In this document: one piece after another, positions 1 to 13,440 of the stretch
How positions within the stretch are numbered: the stretch's first letter is position 1
Layout of the letters: each line of letters starts with the position of its first letter
Assembly (NCBI GenBank): GCA_030141605.1
Contig: JAQGDQ010000034.1
Coordinates: forward strand, 372,001 to 436,000
Length of the DNA stretch: 64,000 bases
Reading direction: 5' to 3'
DNA from: Tubiluchus corallicola
Lineage: Eukaryota > Animalia > Priapulida
The notes under the pieces: model-generated
What the model was told of the DNA's origin: nothing
The model's input: only the letters and a program-made list of their open reading frames with translations
Databases searched by the model: none
Program-made: the position numbers and the translations under genes

Positions 1-1113
1 AAAATAGTTAGTAGTTGGTTGTGGGAAGACAGCTTCGCGTTAGCGTCGCAAAATCATCAAGGCTGGTAGTACGGCACGGTACGAAAAAATATCGTATTTC
101 GTACCTATAAAAAATACCGTACCGTATCAACAAATTCATATTGTACCGTACTAGTACGATAAAAAAACGTACCGTAATTCCGTACCGTACCAACAAATTC
201 ATATTGTACCGTACTAGTACCTAGTATAAAATATCGTACCGTGATTCCGCACCAAGTTCATGTAGGATCCACTATAAAAAGATAAAGAGCAGCATAAAAA
301 TTAATTGTAGAAACGATAAATTTATGCCTACTATAAAAACAGAACTGTTGTTTAAACTCCATGCTATTTATTTTAGATTACAAAAGCTACATTATACAGG
401 CAATGCTATTACATTATATACAAAAACAATCTGATGATAAAAATAAGCCAAACACAAGATGAGAAGTTGACTAGGTATTGTATCTAAAAACATGATTGCC
501 TCTACAGTGTCACCAGTTCGTTTGTTAGGTCAGTACTTGCGGTACTTCTTTTGTCGGCATAGCAAGCGTTCAACTCAGGTAATACGCAATGATTAAATCG
601 TTGCTGTTTTGCACAGATAGGGGAAATTTCGTAATCAAATTTTTCATTTTTCGTAATCATTTTTCGTTAAACTGTTGTGCAGTGCACTTGCGCAGTTACT
701 CATTTACTCTGTTATTGTGAGAATTTATGCTAAACTTAAAAATGAAAGAATTCTAGAATTTTGTATCAGTTAAAATTTGGCTCCCTAGACAACTTGCCTT
801 GTTTGCCTAGTTGTAGAGCCGGCCGAGGAGAAAACTGTAAAAAATGGGAGAACCAAAAGGAGTAAAAAAGTGATTGTTTTCTATTGTAGGCCTAATATCT
901 ACAAATATCGAGTAAAGTGCTTCTTTCCTACAAAAATACGTAAAATTTCCCAAAAAAGAATTAAAGTTATACTTCACTTTGTGTATTGACTTAAATCTAA
1001 AATGACAAACGTAATAAATAAAGCTATTTGTTTTTAAACTGGCGAACAATCTTTGCAGTAGTCAGCCATGCACTTGGTTTTGCGTGAAAGGATACGTTCT
1101 TAATCTTCACAAG

Positions 1114-1301
1114 TTCGAGTGTATTTCGGAAGACCAATTAGTTACAACAACTACAGAAATAAACCCAGCGAGCACCGAGTCACCGAACCCCACCGGTAGC
1201 TGGAGCGGCTGGACAATGGAAGGTGATTGCACACCATGCGGTAAAAACCAGGGAATAGGCATATTTACAAGAGCTTGTGAACCGGAAGGACGTTTCTGTG
1301 G
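1114..1301 (+). CDS. Probable internal exon encoding a Thr/Pro-rich linker plus thrombospondin type-1 (TSP1)-like repeat; the gene starts upstream of the window
   Basis: Translation FECISEDQLVTTTTEINPASTESPNPTGSWSGWTMEGDCTPCGKNQGIGIFTRACEPEGRFCG has the WSxW..C..C.G..R.C pattern. It is preceded by ttcttaatcttcacaag and followed by a GT donor. Confidence 0.6.
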
Positions 1302-3196
1302 GTACGAGCGCTAAGTTTCTATTGAGGAATAATCAAACAGTAGAGAAGACTTCAAAAAAATATAATTATTTTATACAAACGATTCCCTCCGTCAAGTCAT
1401 AGTTATGAAAAAAAACATAAAAAAGGCAGTAGTAAAAGTGAATGTATAAACTTATGATATCTAATCCATTGTGCTCCATGCTGGTTGTCATTATTTGGTA
1501 TTCAACGCCACTATGCAATGGCTTCGTATGGACGAGACCACCACAAAGTAGAGGGGTGGTTCGAAAATAAACCGCCCCGTAACACTATTCTAATGAATAC
1601 AGTAAAAGCGGGGGCGGTTTGCCATGTGCCAAGGTCGCTTTACGACTAACTGACATTCAAAAATCGGTCGTCAAATTGGGCCAATCAGAAACAATAAACG
1701 CACGTTTGTGAAACAATTCCGGAAGATTAAACTAATTTTAGGGGAGATTGATTTGCATTTGATTTTAGACCATTTTCATGTGTAAAATATTTAAATATTG
1801 TATATTCTCCGAAAGTTCTATCCTGTCGGTTTGCATTTACTTGCCTTGATCGCAGACTTTTTTAATCCGTCTGTATGGCGGTTTTTCAAAACAAAAAAAA
1901 TGAGTAGGACAAACGCTTCACCGTTGTCTTTTATGTTTCTGAATTGACATTTTGTTCCAGAAAATAAATCTCGGAGCTGGAAGTAAGTCCAGAAAGTCCT
2001 CGGGATAACTAGCTAAAATACTTGTATAATATTTGCAAATTATATTTATGAATTGCACGGATGTAAAAAACGTGATTCTCAACGTTTAATATTTTTAGAC
2101 CAGACCAACTTCGCAGGGAACGAAAGAAAATGAATTGCAACTATCCCTGCCTAAGTTCACGTGCAATATGGTGTAAAACCTTTCTTCACGGCAAAGTAAG
2201 GTAAGACCGTGAGCTTTGTTGTTCTCATCCCTGTCCCGTGTCACACAGAGAAAGGCGTAAGTAGACTTTCCATAATCCATAAGGTATAAGGTGTCTTCCA
2301 TCTTTCATATGCTTCTTACTCTTTATAAATACTAAGGCGTTTTACAGAATCCGTTTCGGCAATTCAAGTATCTGCCACGGCAATAACTCCTTGTGGCAAA
2401 TGAAATTATTAGCCAAATTCATTTCACAGTAAGGAGCTTTATAAACGGCTCAAAGCGGCTTTTGAGGAGCCTACCGCGGATTATGGCTGACGACGGTTGA
2501 CGGAAGACGGCAAACGGATTACCTGTGTGACGGGAACCATTGGTTAGCACACGTTCATTTTTCATAGGGCGGCTTTTTCTCCTCACGGCTTACGCTTTAC
2601 GGATTGTGTTCAGCTCTGTTTCACACGGGCCTTTGAAGTATGGTAGATACTTGAAATACTTAAAACTAAATATTTACGTATATTGGGTGCATGTATATTT
2701 ATATATTCAGTGCTTTGATATAAAGTGCACACATTACTACCTGTGGTAAGGCAGAGGGCCTTAAAATAAGCTAACGTGGAGGTGAAGAAAACGAAGATCA
2801 TGTGATGTAAAAATACTGAAACATGTCAAAAACATAAGGGATAACCAAACCTTAGGGTACCAAAGAATTGTGAAAGATGAATATCACGGTGCTAATTTTC
2901 TGTAAAACTGCCGAGTTTCTGTGTAAATTCGTTGCTATTTTAGAAGAGCAGCTAATTCGTTGACCTGAACGTTTTTCGCCACCCTTTTGCACCCACTTAA
3001 TCACTTCTTAATATGTATTTTTTTCCTTTAACTTTCTTGTAAATTTTGTACGTTTAATCAGTTGTATATTTTATGTCATTCTGCATAAAAATAAATATGT
3101 CCGCGTCGATGTTTATGTTTTTGTCTATGTCTAAATTATCTGTGTCTGCGTCCATGCCTATTCGTTTATTAGTGAAATAGCTAAATTCTGTTGTAG

Positions 3197-3296
3197 GGAA
3201 AGCCGATGCACGTGGTTTTGCTTACAATCATACGTTCTTCATCTCCACAATTTTGCTTGCATTACGGCAAAGGAGGCATCGGAACTGGAGGTCTAG
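3197..3296 (+). CDS. Possible next or terminal exon of the TSP1-like gene (frame ambiguous)
   Basis: ttctgttgtag acceptor. A phase-2 join to 1301 gives ...RFCGESRCTWFCLQSYVLHLHNFACITAKEASELEV*. The other frames are also open for about 35-50 codons. Confidence 0.3.
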
Positions 3297-3652
3297 GCCT
3301 ACTGATTAAGCATTTGAAAGAAAAAGCGGAAAACCCAACAGATTCCCGTATAAGAGTAGGATTTGACTGCACTATATGTAATCAGTCTGATGTTGGAAAA
3401 AGTACCTAAAACGTCTAATTATTTTGTAGTTGCTGTTTTTTATGTAGCCTAACTATTTGTCACAAGTGATATTTTTTTCGTGCGCATAAGACACATTGAT
3501 ACCACATTTTAATTGTCACGCTCAATGAATCTGCAAAAACATTAGAAAGAAACGAAAAACAAATCGCGAAAAGTATTTGTTTTCTTGAAAAGACCGTAAA
3601 CAATTGTAAATTGATATTAAACCGTATAGACCCTCTGTTTGCGTGCTGTACG

Positions 3653-3880
3653 AGTGGCGTTTATTTAACATCCTGAATGCGTATGCGTTGTGGGGGTGCG
3701 GAATATATAAAATCGGTTTGTATTGTTTTCAATGCGCGCGTTTATCTAACCTGCGTTATGCGTTTTTCTTTTTCTGCAGCTATATGTAATTCCTATTGAT
3801 ATTTATGCGTAGATATTCCGCAGGTGGATAACGCATAACGCATAACGCATACGCATTCCGGATGCCAGGTAAATGCCACT
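3653..3880. mobile_element. MITE with about 40-bp imperfect terminal inverted repeats (possibly PIF/Harbinger-like)
   Basis: Left end agtggcgtttatttaacatcctgaatgcgtatgcgtt; reverse complement of right end agtggcatttacctggcatccggaatgcgtatgcgtt. No coding capacity. Confidence 0.65.
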
Positions 3881-4289
3881 TTAGGAAGAAAATTGAAAGA
3901 ATAAATTAAAATTGTAATAATACCATTAGGTTTTGTTTATTACTCATTCTTGTAAATCTCGTCGTCGTAATTGTTGTTGTTGACAACGTAGTAATAGTTA
4001 ATGTTTATCACTGTCGTTTACGTCATCATTATCACCATCCTGTGGCCACCTCTGCCACTATCGTCGACGTTTCTTATTTGAAACATTTTGCGTTATACAA
4101 GAATGCGACACTACTTGTTAAATCAATCATTAATGATGCTGTGAGTGATGGACATAGTTGTAACAAAAGTGTGTGGATGAATGAGATGAAAATAAACAAA
4201 ACAAAATGCGAAAAAACACAATGAGTCAGATACCTGCACAATTGCTTGCCTGCTTGATGTGTTTGATGCTTAGTCGTTTATCTTACTTT

Positions 4290-4726
4290 CTCACTCACTG
4301 ATTCACTCATTCATCCAATCGCAGAGCATTCACATGTTTGCCGCTTCTTACTTGCTCACTTATTCGCACACTCACTCACTCATTCACTCACTCATCCATT
4401 CACTCACTCACGCACTCACTCACTCATTTATTTATTCATTCATTCATTCATTCACTCACTCACTCACTCACTCATTCACTCACACACTCGCTCACTCGTT
4501 TACTCACGCACTCAAGCACTCACTCACTCATTCATTCACTCACTTACTCACCCACTCACTCACTCACTCACTCATTTACTCACTCACTCACTCATTTACT
4601 CACTCACTCACTCACTCACTCACGCACTCACTTACTCACCCACTCACTCACTTATTTACTCACTCATTCACTCACTCACTTATTTACTCACTCACTCACT
4701 CACGCACTCACTTACTCACCCACTCA
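4290..4726. repeat. (CACT)n degenerate tetranucleotide microsatellite
   Basis: Direct reading; explains the spurious THSL-repeat ORFs. Confidence 0.95.
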
Positions 4727-7238
4727 GAGTAATTTACTGGTTTGTGTTCTCACTTACTTACCTGTTGAATGGCTTCGCATCAATAATTTAAAATCAGGCC
4801 AACAGACGGCAGCACCACGCCACTCACAGCCTCCGAATCGATTAACGTGCTGTATGAATTCTTCCAACTCATCCTGGGAGTGCGAAGCCGGACGTTGAAT
4901 AAATAATTCTCATTGCATTTACAAAAGAAAGTCAGCTTACGTTATTAGATCAATATAAATAATTGTTGTAATTGTATCACAAAGTGACAAGTGTTCCCTT
5001 CCTTGCCGGTGCGCATCTGTAAGAAGGATTTTGAAAGAAAAAAGACTGGGAATTCTACTCAAGACCTTAAGATTTTAAAGGTAAGATTGTCTAAATCTGC
5101 TAAATCACTGTTTTCTGGTTCTATCTGCTGAATGCAACTAATTTGATTTTGCTTAACTTTTTACACTCCTGAGTTAAATGTTTCGACTTTAGTCCTCAGA
5201 CATAATCATTTTGCGCTCGACTCATTTGATTGCAGTGACTACAACAACAACTCATAAAGAACCATCTCCTCTTTGAGTTTCATCATTTATATGTACTTTT
5301 TTCGTGTCCTATAAAGAGCTAGTCTAGCCCTCTAGGCTAGGTTGGCTCCAATCTCTTGCTCTAAACCTACCTAACGTAGCATAATTATATTTTGCTGTTT
5401 TTCGGTAAGCCTTTATCAGAGTGAGGTAATGATGGGTTTTCGTAATAATTGCATGTCTTGTCTGGCTTCTAGTTCGTCAGCTTAACAAGGCATTTGACGT
5501 CAGAATGATATTATCCACTAATTCAACAGTCACTAGCACTCTTTAATTATTGTTTTTTTTCGCCTTGTTCACGCAATGGCATTATAATTTTTAAATTTTC
5601 AATAATCCATAAGGAAAAACGCGCAAATTATGGCCGTGAAACTTGGCAAAATCATTTCCGTATTCGCGCTGGTAAAATATTCATAAAACACATGAGCAAA
5701 TCTTATATTCCACATGAGGTTTGCGCTGGGTTAGAGAGTAATTACTTTAGACGATATATCAGTGGCAGAATTTTGTATGCTACGCATGAATTATGCAGGA
5801 AAAGCAGTATCGGATCAATATTAATGCTCAATAGAATAGAAAATCTGAAAGACGCAGTGGCTTGAATACTAGTAATATTTTGCCAATATACTTGAGTGTT
5901 CACCTCACTAACGTGCGCTACAGAAGTTGTAATTTGAAATAAATTTGTGACGACAACATAAATAGCTTCGTTCTCGTTTAATGGCCAAAGTATTTAGATT
6001 TCTTTGTCTATTTTTCACACTTGCATTGTTTTCTTTCTTTGTTCTTTTGTTCTTTTGCTCTTTTGGTCTCTTTTTGTTCTTCTTCTGTTTTATTAATCTC
6101 TTCGCATTATTTTGTTTATTTTCAATCACTGTCCTTATCACTTCGCTAACTAGTATAATTTATTTTACGACTACATTATTCAACTGAGTCATACAACAAT
6201 GTGATCACTACATAAAAAAGTTAGAACATCAAGAGGCATAAATAATTAGGTGATTACAGTTTAGTAATAAAGACGATTCACAACAGACATGTGATACAGC
6301 ATAATAAAAAGATACATCGAGACGATGTGCCTAAGTATTTTATTCAAATCATTATTGTTAAGAAAAGAAAAATCTTTATCATCCATGGATTTTTATATCA
6401 CCATGCCAAGTTCTTTAATTAGGTTGAACTTTCTCAAAAGTCAAAAATGTGAAACTCTGCCACTTTGTTTATTAAGATAATACAAAGTGGCTCTACTTTT
6501 GATCAGTGGTTTAAAAGATACATTTTTAGACAACGAAATGCTTTACGCATCCCTGCAGAGAACAAGAAAAGGCCTGCAAAGTAAGGCAATAAGGATCACA
6601 TCGTGAATGCTTGACTACTCAGCGGTTTTTCTATGGTCAGCCAAAAGCCTTGCCAAGAAGACTGGCTTGGAAGACATTTGTGATGTAATACAAACGATAT
6701 TTGTGACTAGCTGTATAACGAGAAAGGTCGCCAACTACCAGCCTCTTGTCTTCTAAAAAGAGCATTAACAAACTGTAGGACATTCGCCCACGATGTCAAT
6801 TTTTAATTGGGATCTGACGTTTTTACCATTATTGTGGTTTGGTTTATGCAGTCCAGCAAGTATAGCTGTGTTTCATTCAGTCATTTGTCTCCAGTCATTT
6901 CCAACTCAACCAGCTAGTCGACCTTCTACTGACGGTATAAGATCGATTCTCACACGATTAGAAATATTACCACAGGGCTAATCCATAATGGACTGTCTTG
7001 TGCACGTTTACTTGAGGAAAACTCTTGCGAGATTCATACTGTACTAGCGCGATTAGGTGGCGTTTCGACGCTTTTACATGATGCTAAGTCCCTAAAAGAG
7101 CCATTACTTTTCTTGAGATTTGTGTTAGAGATTTCAGCATGATCTTTGCAAGGACACCCAGAAGGTAGATAGATGTAAGAGCTGCTGAAAACGTAATGTC
7201 ATATGGCGTTTTACAGGTGGGAATGGGTTTCGTACTGC

Positions 7239-7366
7239 ATAGACATAGACATAGAACATTTATTTTCTCCAATTAGTTTAACATCAAAAGTTTTTTAAAT
7301 ATTAAGTAATTATAATCATAGAGCAGGGCAGGGAAGGACCATAGGGTCATCTAGTCTCCTGCCCTT
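7239..7366 (-). mobile_element. LINE 3' end remnant (stem-loop, AATAAA, (TCTATG)n tail); same family as 56359-56484
   Basis: Hairpin agggcagg...cctgccct, then on the minus strand ttggagaaaataaatgttctatgtctatgtctat. Confidence 0.55.
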
Positions 7367-8439
7367 TCTTATAAATAGATTAGTGTATTAAAAATTAACG
7401 GTGATGCTGCAGATAACAAAAACGAAAACAAATAAGAAAAAATAATAATAAAAACAGTACAAATGATACAAGTTATCCAAAAAGAACTGAAAACAAAAAG
7501 TAATAAAATAAGATACCTAAATCTAAACAAAACAATACAATTATTCAGTAATTAGGATTATTATATGTAGTAGTTTCAAATGGGGTCTTATTAACAGGGG
7601 AATTTGACAAACATGGCTGGATCGTCCTCGTGATACCACGATTCATGGCAGCATTAAAACTTGTGAATAACAGTGACAAGTTTACTATAATTACTATGAT
7701 TAGCTATTATAATTATAAGCAAACTGTGCGCCTTAGTGAAGCTGTTTTATTGTTTGACAAATTAATGCAGTTCTGCGCCTTGTTCCACTCACGTACTCAG
7801 TATAGCGTAATAAATGAAAGTAATATTTTCACACAATAAGTTGCCATAATAACACCTGTTATAATATAGGTACAAAAGGAGCTAATTAAGGCTTATTCTG
7901 CAGCCACCTCTTGCGTGTGGCGGTTTTCTCTTCTCTTTATAAAATATTGTGGCTGCCAGTAGTAACCGCAGTGCAGTCTCAGTTTTACTCGTAACGTATA
8001 AACTAATCTCACTCACAAATCGATCAATAACCTGATTGATTTTTGTGAGATTTCTCCAGTCATTCTTGTCTGACTAGCTGTCAGTTAATTCATCCGTGTT
8101 CGTCACTGGTATGGGCAATCGTGGACTCTTTTTGTCCACGATACAGCACAGCAGCATTAAAGCTAATCGATCGGTCCATTCCGGGGAGTTCGTAAAAGTA
8201 AAATGCTGCTGTACAAAGATCAATCTTATTCCTTGTATCCCGAGGTCAAGTTCCTGGGAATGAGTTATCGCGTAATTCCGGGATATTTTTGACCCGAGGG
8301 CTTCATTGTGAAAAACCCTTGGTAAAAGCAAAGCAGCTTAAAACAGAGTGAGCTTTGAGCGATAGCAAATAACTAAGCCATTAAAGAAAATGAAAAATTG
8401 CAGAGAATTTTAAGAACAATTGTTGGATAGCGTTACAGC

Positions 8440-8606
8440 GATGAAGACGACGATGATGATGATGGCTAAAGATGATGGATGATGGATGATGATGATGATG
8501 ATGATGCTGCTGCTGCTGCTGATGATGATGATGATGATAATGGTGATGATGGTGATGATGATGATGATGGTGATGATGAAGATGACGGTGATGATGATGA
8601 TAACGG

Positions 8607-8652
<46 letters not shown>

Positions 8653-8682
8653 AATGATGTTGACGAGGACGATGACGACGAC
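8440..8682. repeat. (GAT)n microsatellite, imperfect
   Basis: Direct reading. Confidence 0.95.
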
Positions 8683-9720
8683 ATAATAGTAACGATGTGC
8701 CACATTAAACTGATGAGCTTCTAATCTAAAATATGTTTTGTTCAATTGTGATGACATTCGTAATAAGGTGCTACAAGGACGTATGAAAAAGGAAAAGTGA
8801 CGACTGCTCAATCTGTTAAGCACCTACCAAGCTTGAAAATAAAAATAAAAATAGATAATGGCATTTGAGCGACCCATAATTATCAGAACACAGACGACAG
8901 AGATTCCGACTGAAGCAGTCCAACAAAGGTGAAAAATTGTGGTTTATAGTTTTGCATTTCACTCTCTAGTCGGGCCAGGAGATGTGGATACAGGAGACGC
9001 TATACAGAAACTTTTTATCTTTTCATGATTTTTAGTTGCAGAACGATGTTTTTTCTAGGTCTTTCAAATGAAATTTATAAATGTATATAGAATTAAAATA
9101 CATATATACTCAACGGATACATGCTTGTTTGAGACAGCCCTGTCGCTTTTATATCTCTTACTTAGATTTTTGACATGTGTAACTTGTGTACATGTGTGAC
9201 ATGTGTAGCTGGGCTTCAGTATGCATTTTCGAAATGACTTCTGTTGCACAACGTGCCCCAAATTGCCTGTTTTTCTTTTCTTTGCTTTTCTTAAACTTTG
9301 TTTAAACAAAAACGTTTGCGTCAACCCGAGTACCTATCAATAATTATATTTATTTTTAATTCCAATTGCTTGTTTTCCTATTTTCATACTGTAATGAGGT
9401 ATGTAAAAATACCCGGATGATGCTCACATAGTGCATGTAGTACTTTCTATCTACAGCAACGACGGTGAATCTCTGAGTTCAGTTTCGTATTTTATTTGTC
9501 AAATGCATTTTTGGCAATGATTTACGGTGCAAGTTTTATCACCATGCTGGAAGACAATAAAAGTGGGATATCGACTCGTTTGCAACTGTCTATCACTGTG
9601 TCACAGCCACAGAAATAGGAGTGTATTGGCTGCAGATGCCTCTTGGAAAATCTTGCGATTTTTCCTACTCTAGATATTGGAAATTGATAGCTAAGCGGCT
9701 ACAGTGCTTGCTTAAGTTAA

Positions 9721-10231
9721 AGGAAAGGACAGGTCACTAGCGTGATGGGTTTATTTTACTGTTATCGCTTAAACATAAAAAATATAACAAAGAATTTTGC
9801 AAAAACTTTCTATAAAGCATAAAGTTAATTCATACAACCGCTATACAGAAATTTCAGTCGCGGTGGTTGCTGTCATTCAGTTGAAAATTATGTAAATGGT
9901 GGACTTCGTGACTTTTCGTAAGCACATCGTGGTTTTCCGTAAGCGCGCGCTGCTTAAATTAATTCGAATTTGTGCTGCTTTCCTAATAATGCTCATGCAT
10001 TAGCTGTTTATTTTTTCTAAAAACTTTTATATTGGCGACAGCAATTAACAGTGCATTACTTTTCCTCAGCTGATGAATGACGTCATTGGTGGAAGAAACG
10101 GCCGTTCAAAAATGATCCCGAATAAAAACATTTTACACGAGGTGCTTATCACACTTTTATTAGCTACTAGTTCCAACATTTTTCACAAACATTGAAATAA
10201 GTCTAATTTTCTAGAAGGCTTGGCTTTTCCT
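9721..10231 (+). mobile_element. Non-autonomous DNA transposon flanked by TTAA (Kolobok-like)
   Basis: TTAA|aggaaagg ... cttttcct|TTAA. A diverged inverted copy is at 48515-49078. Confidence 0.6.
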
Positions 10232-11342
10232 TTAAGTAACATAAAGACTAGTCAGTAAATGCAGACCTGGAAATTTGATTGAGGAGGGACATTTCAGCAT
10301 ATCATATTTACCCTGACTGTTATGTCATTGAGGGAGCTCGTATGTGCAATCAGTCGATGCTGAGAAACCTCTACTGGTTCAGTGGCTCCTTTTGTATTAC
10401 TGATATTAAAGACACGTTTCGATATACATCTACTTTAAGTTGACACTGGCATTAAGTCTTACTGACATACTGACTTACAGAATGTCAAACATGTATAAAC
10501 ATGTTGAGAATTGTCGCTATAACGTTTCTCTCCCTCACATATTATCTCCATGCTCCCTTTTCTTTCTTTTTGTTTTTTTAGTACTTTCATCTCTTCGCTC
10601 CCTTCCGCTTTCTTTTTTCTCTTTTTCACCCTCTACCGTATATATAACTATAAATATATATATATATTTCTCTATATATAAACAACTATATAAACAATAG
10701 ATCTATATAAACAATAGATCTATATAAACTATAACTATATAACTATAGCAATAGAACTATAACTAACAACTTAATATCAGCAAGTAAAATAGGTGCTGTT
10801 ACTGTGACACACAAATCAGTACTGGTCATCCAACAACATTACTTGTGTCATGGTAATTAAACTGTGAGCAAAGCTAACTTAATGTCACTTACGGCCCAGC
10901 TTCTCAATCAGTGTAACTAACTTTTGTCACCTCGATCGATTAAAATCGTACGTGTGACACACATACGTAACACATGAATCGTAGTTCAATGAAAACTTTG
11001 CTATAATTTCAACTGGTACCTGTTAACTTTATGTATGAGTATACATTTATAAACTTCTAGAGTAAGTGCTCGCTGTATGACTATGAGTTTATTACCAGTA
11101 TTGGAAAACATTTTTAAACGCTTATATCTATATAATGTAAAGGTGATGTAAACATTTTATTAAATAGTTTAGATTTTCTATTAAAAACTTGTGCCCAAGA
11201 GTGAAGTAAAATGGAACTATTGTACTGACAATGTTTTACACTTTTCCGAATAATTCTATATTCTTAAGTTACCAATTCACATCAATTCTAGGTGCTCCCT
11301 ATAATTTGAAAGCAACTGCAAAGCTGAAACGTACTTAAATCC

Positions 11343-11590
11343 ATGGAGGAAAAAAAGCGTTGACTTTGGCTTAGTACAGAAGTGCATTGGCGTAAGAACA
11401 TCATAAGATAAGAAATATGCTAACAAGACGCAAAAGTAGCTCCTCTAGTAACTTTGCTACTTTTATGGAGGAGAAAAAAGCATTGACTTTGGCTTAGTAC
11501 AGAAGTGCATTGGCGTAAGAAAGTCATAGGATAAGAAATATCCTAACAAGACACAAAAATAGCTCCTCTAGTAACTTTGCTACTTTTATG
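11343..11590. repeat. Tandem duplication of about 122 bp
   Basis: atggagga...ttgactttggcttagtacagaagtgcattggcgtaag...gctactttt occurs twice head to tail with few substitutions. Confidence 0.9.
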
Positions 11591-12147
11591 CAATTTAATG
11601 TAAGTTTATTTTGATAATCCACATAAAATTCATAGCTTTAGTTTATACGTCTGCCTAAAGCACTGCAATTTACATGTTTTTGTTGTCCTACTCATTAAAC
11701 AACATTTTAGTTTTTTATTAACTAATTCAACTTATTCAGTACTGCAATTATAGGTCTTCGCTAACTTACATTTTATACTACATTTTAGTTTTCTGTTAAC
11801 TAATTAACTATTGTAAGAAAACGCAAATTAAATTATCGTATAAAATTTTCCATACAATGTTGTATTACTTTGCATTACGCTTGCCTATTTGAAAGACATA
11901 TATAACTGAAAAAGATTTCTTAATAATTTCAAACATTCGTGCAAACTGTTTCGCTATTCCAGTGTATACCAATAAAATCACTTTTTATGAAAAACATCTT
12001 GTAACGATGGCGAAAAGTCGATTATCTCCACCCCTCTCCCTTCATGAAAAACATCTTGTAGCAATGACGAAAAATCGATTATTTTCACCCCTCCTCCCCA
12101 CGTTTACATTGTAGTGGTCCGATCCGTTATACGAAGCCATTTGTTGT

Positions 12148-12785
12148 GGACATTGAATAATAGGTATAAAAGTGACGCACAGGTAATGGTTCCGTCAGTC
12201 GGCTGCAGTGCGGAGAGGTTGAGTTTCACCATTCCAGTACCTGATCCACTACCCAGAATGATAGATGTAGGAGTTTCATCTTCTCAGCACCTGTTCCGCT
12301 ACCCAGAATGATAGATGTAGGACAAGTACGCCGGCAAGCTTGGCGTTAATTTCTGGACATTGAATAATAGGTATAAAAGTGACACAGGTAATGGTTCCGT
12401 CAGTCGGCTGCAGTGCGGAGAGGTTGAGTTTCACCATTCCAGTACCTGATCCGCTACCCAGAATGATAGATGTAGGAGTTTCATCTTCTCAGCACCTGTT
12501 CCGCTACCCAGAATGATAGATGTAGGAAAAGTACGCCGGCAAGCTTGACGTTAATTTCTGGACATTGAATAATAGGTATAAAAGTGACACAGGTAATGGT
12601 TCCGTCCAGTCGGCTGCAGTGCGGAGAGGTTGAGTTTCACCATTCCAGTACCTGATCCGCTACCCAGAATTCGCTACCCAGAATGATAGACGTTGGGAGT
12701 TTTACCTTCTCAGCACCTGTTCCGCTACCCAGAATAATAGATGTAGGACAAGGACGCCGGCAAGCTTGACGTTAGTTTCTGGACA
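12148..12785. repeat. Three-copy tandem repeat of about 205-221 bp, each unit containing two copies of a 50-bp subrepeat
   Basis: Units start ggacattgaataataggtataaaag at 12148, 12355 and 12560. The subrepeat is acctgwtccrctacccagaatgatagatgtagg... Confidence 0.92.
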
Positions 12786-13199
12786 AATTCTGGCGTTTCT
12801 ATACGTTTATAATGGCCAGCATTATCTACACCATCACCGACATCTCAATAATTAGTGAAGTACATCGACAAGAAAAATGATTGTAACGGATCCGTTGTCC
12901 AGCGCGGATCCGCCTGAGGATGTATAGAGCGGCTTACAAGTTATGAAAGACGAGGAAAGTTAAAAATCCGGAATGCGAGTATAAAACACACTTTATTGCA
13001 TAACCAGTAGAATCCAAGAGAATGACATGTGAACAGACTTTTGTACAAAAATTAGCAAGCCTACAGCATTCACCTTTAGAGACAGAAAGGCCAGGTTGGA
13101 ATCGTCAAATTACGGCATGCATTCTGTTTTTATACAGGTACATTTGCATTACTGAGCTTGTCAACCATACCCATGCTAATTAGGGGGTTGGCCGAAATC

Positions 13200-13440
13200 T
13201 ACCTTCGTAAAATTAACACGTTTGCTTTGTTAGCGAAGAGTACGCTACGATTGTTCTGATTATTTTTTTCGAACTTATGTAATGTTATGTTATGTAAACT
13301 AGTTACTGTTAAAATGGCTACGTTTAACGGTTTTCTGAGAGTTTAAAGCTTTATACAGCGTTTTCAATAAGAAACATGTAAATAATACAAAATTTCAAAT
13401 TTTAGCTTTTTATAAAAATAGTGTTTTCTTATGTTTTGAT
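13200..13440 (+). repeat. Dispersed repeat, diverged copy of about 19270-19540
   Basis: Shared gctacga..ctgattatttttt..aatgttat..gttaaaatggct..ttaacgg..gagagtttaaa..aaaatttcaa. Confidence 0.55.

Noticed and set aside
5160-5205. Minimal hammerhead on minus strand (ctgaggactaaagtcgaaac)
   Set aside because: The core motifs are present, but the closing pair of stem II and stem I pairing are missing.
12148-12785. Hammerhead ribozyme or retrozyme array (minus strand ctgagaagatgaaac)
   Set aside because: The core is not CUGANGA, and no stem II or stem III can be formed.
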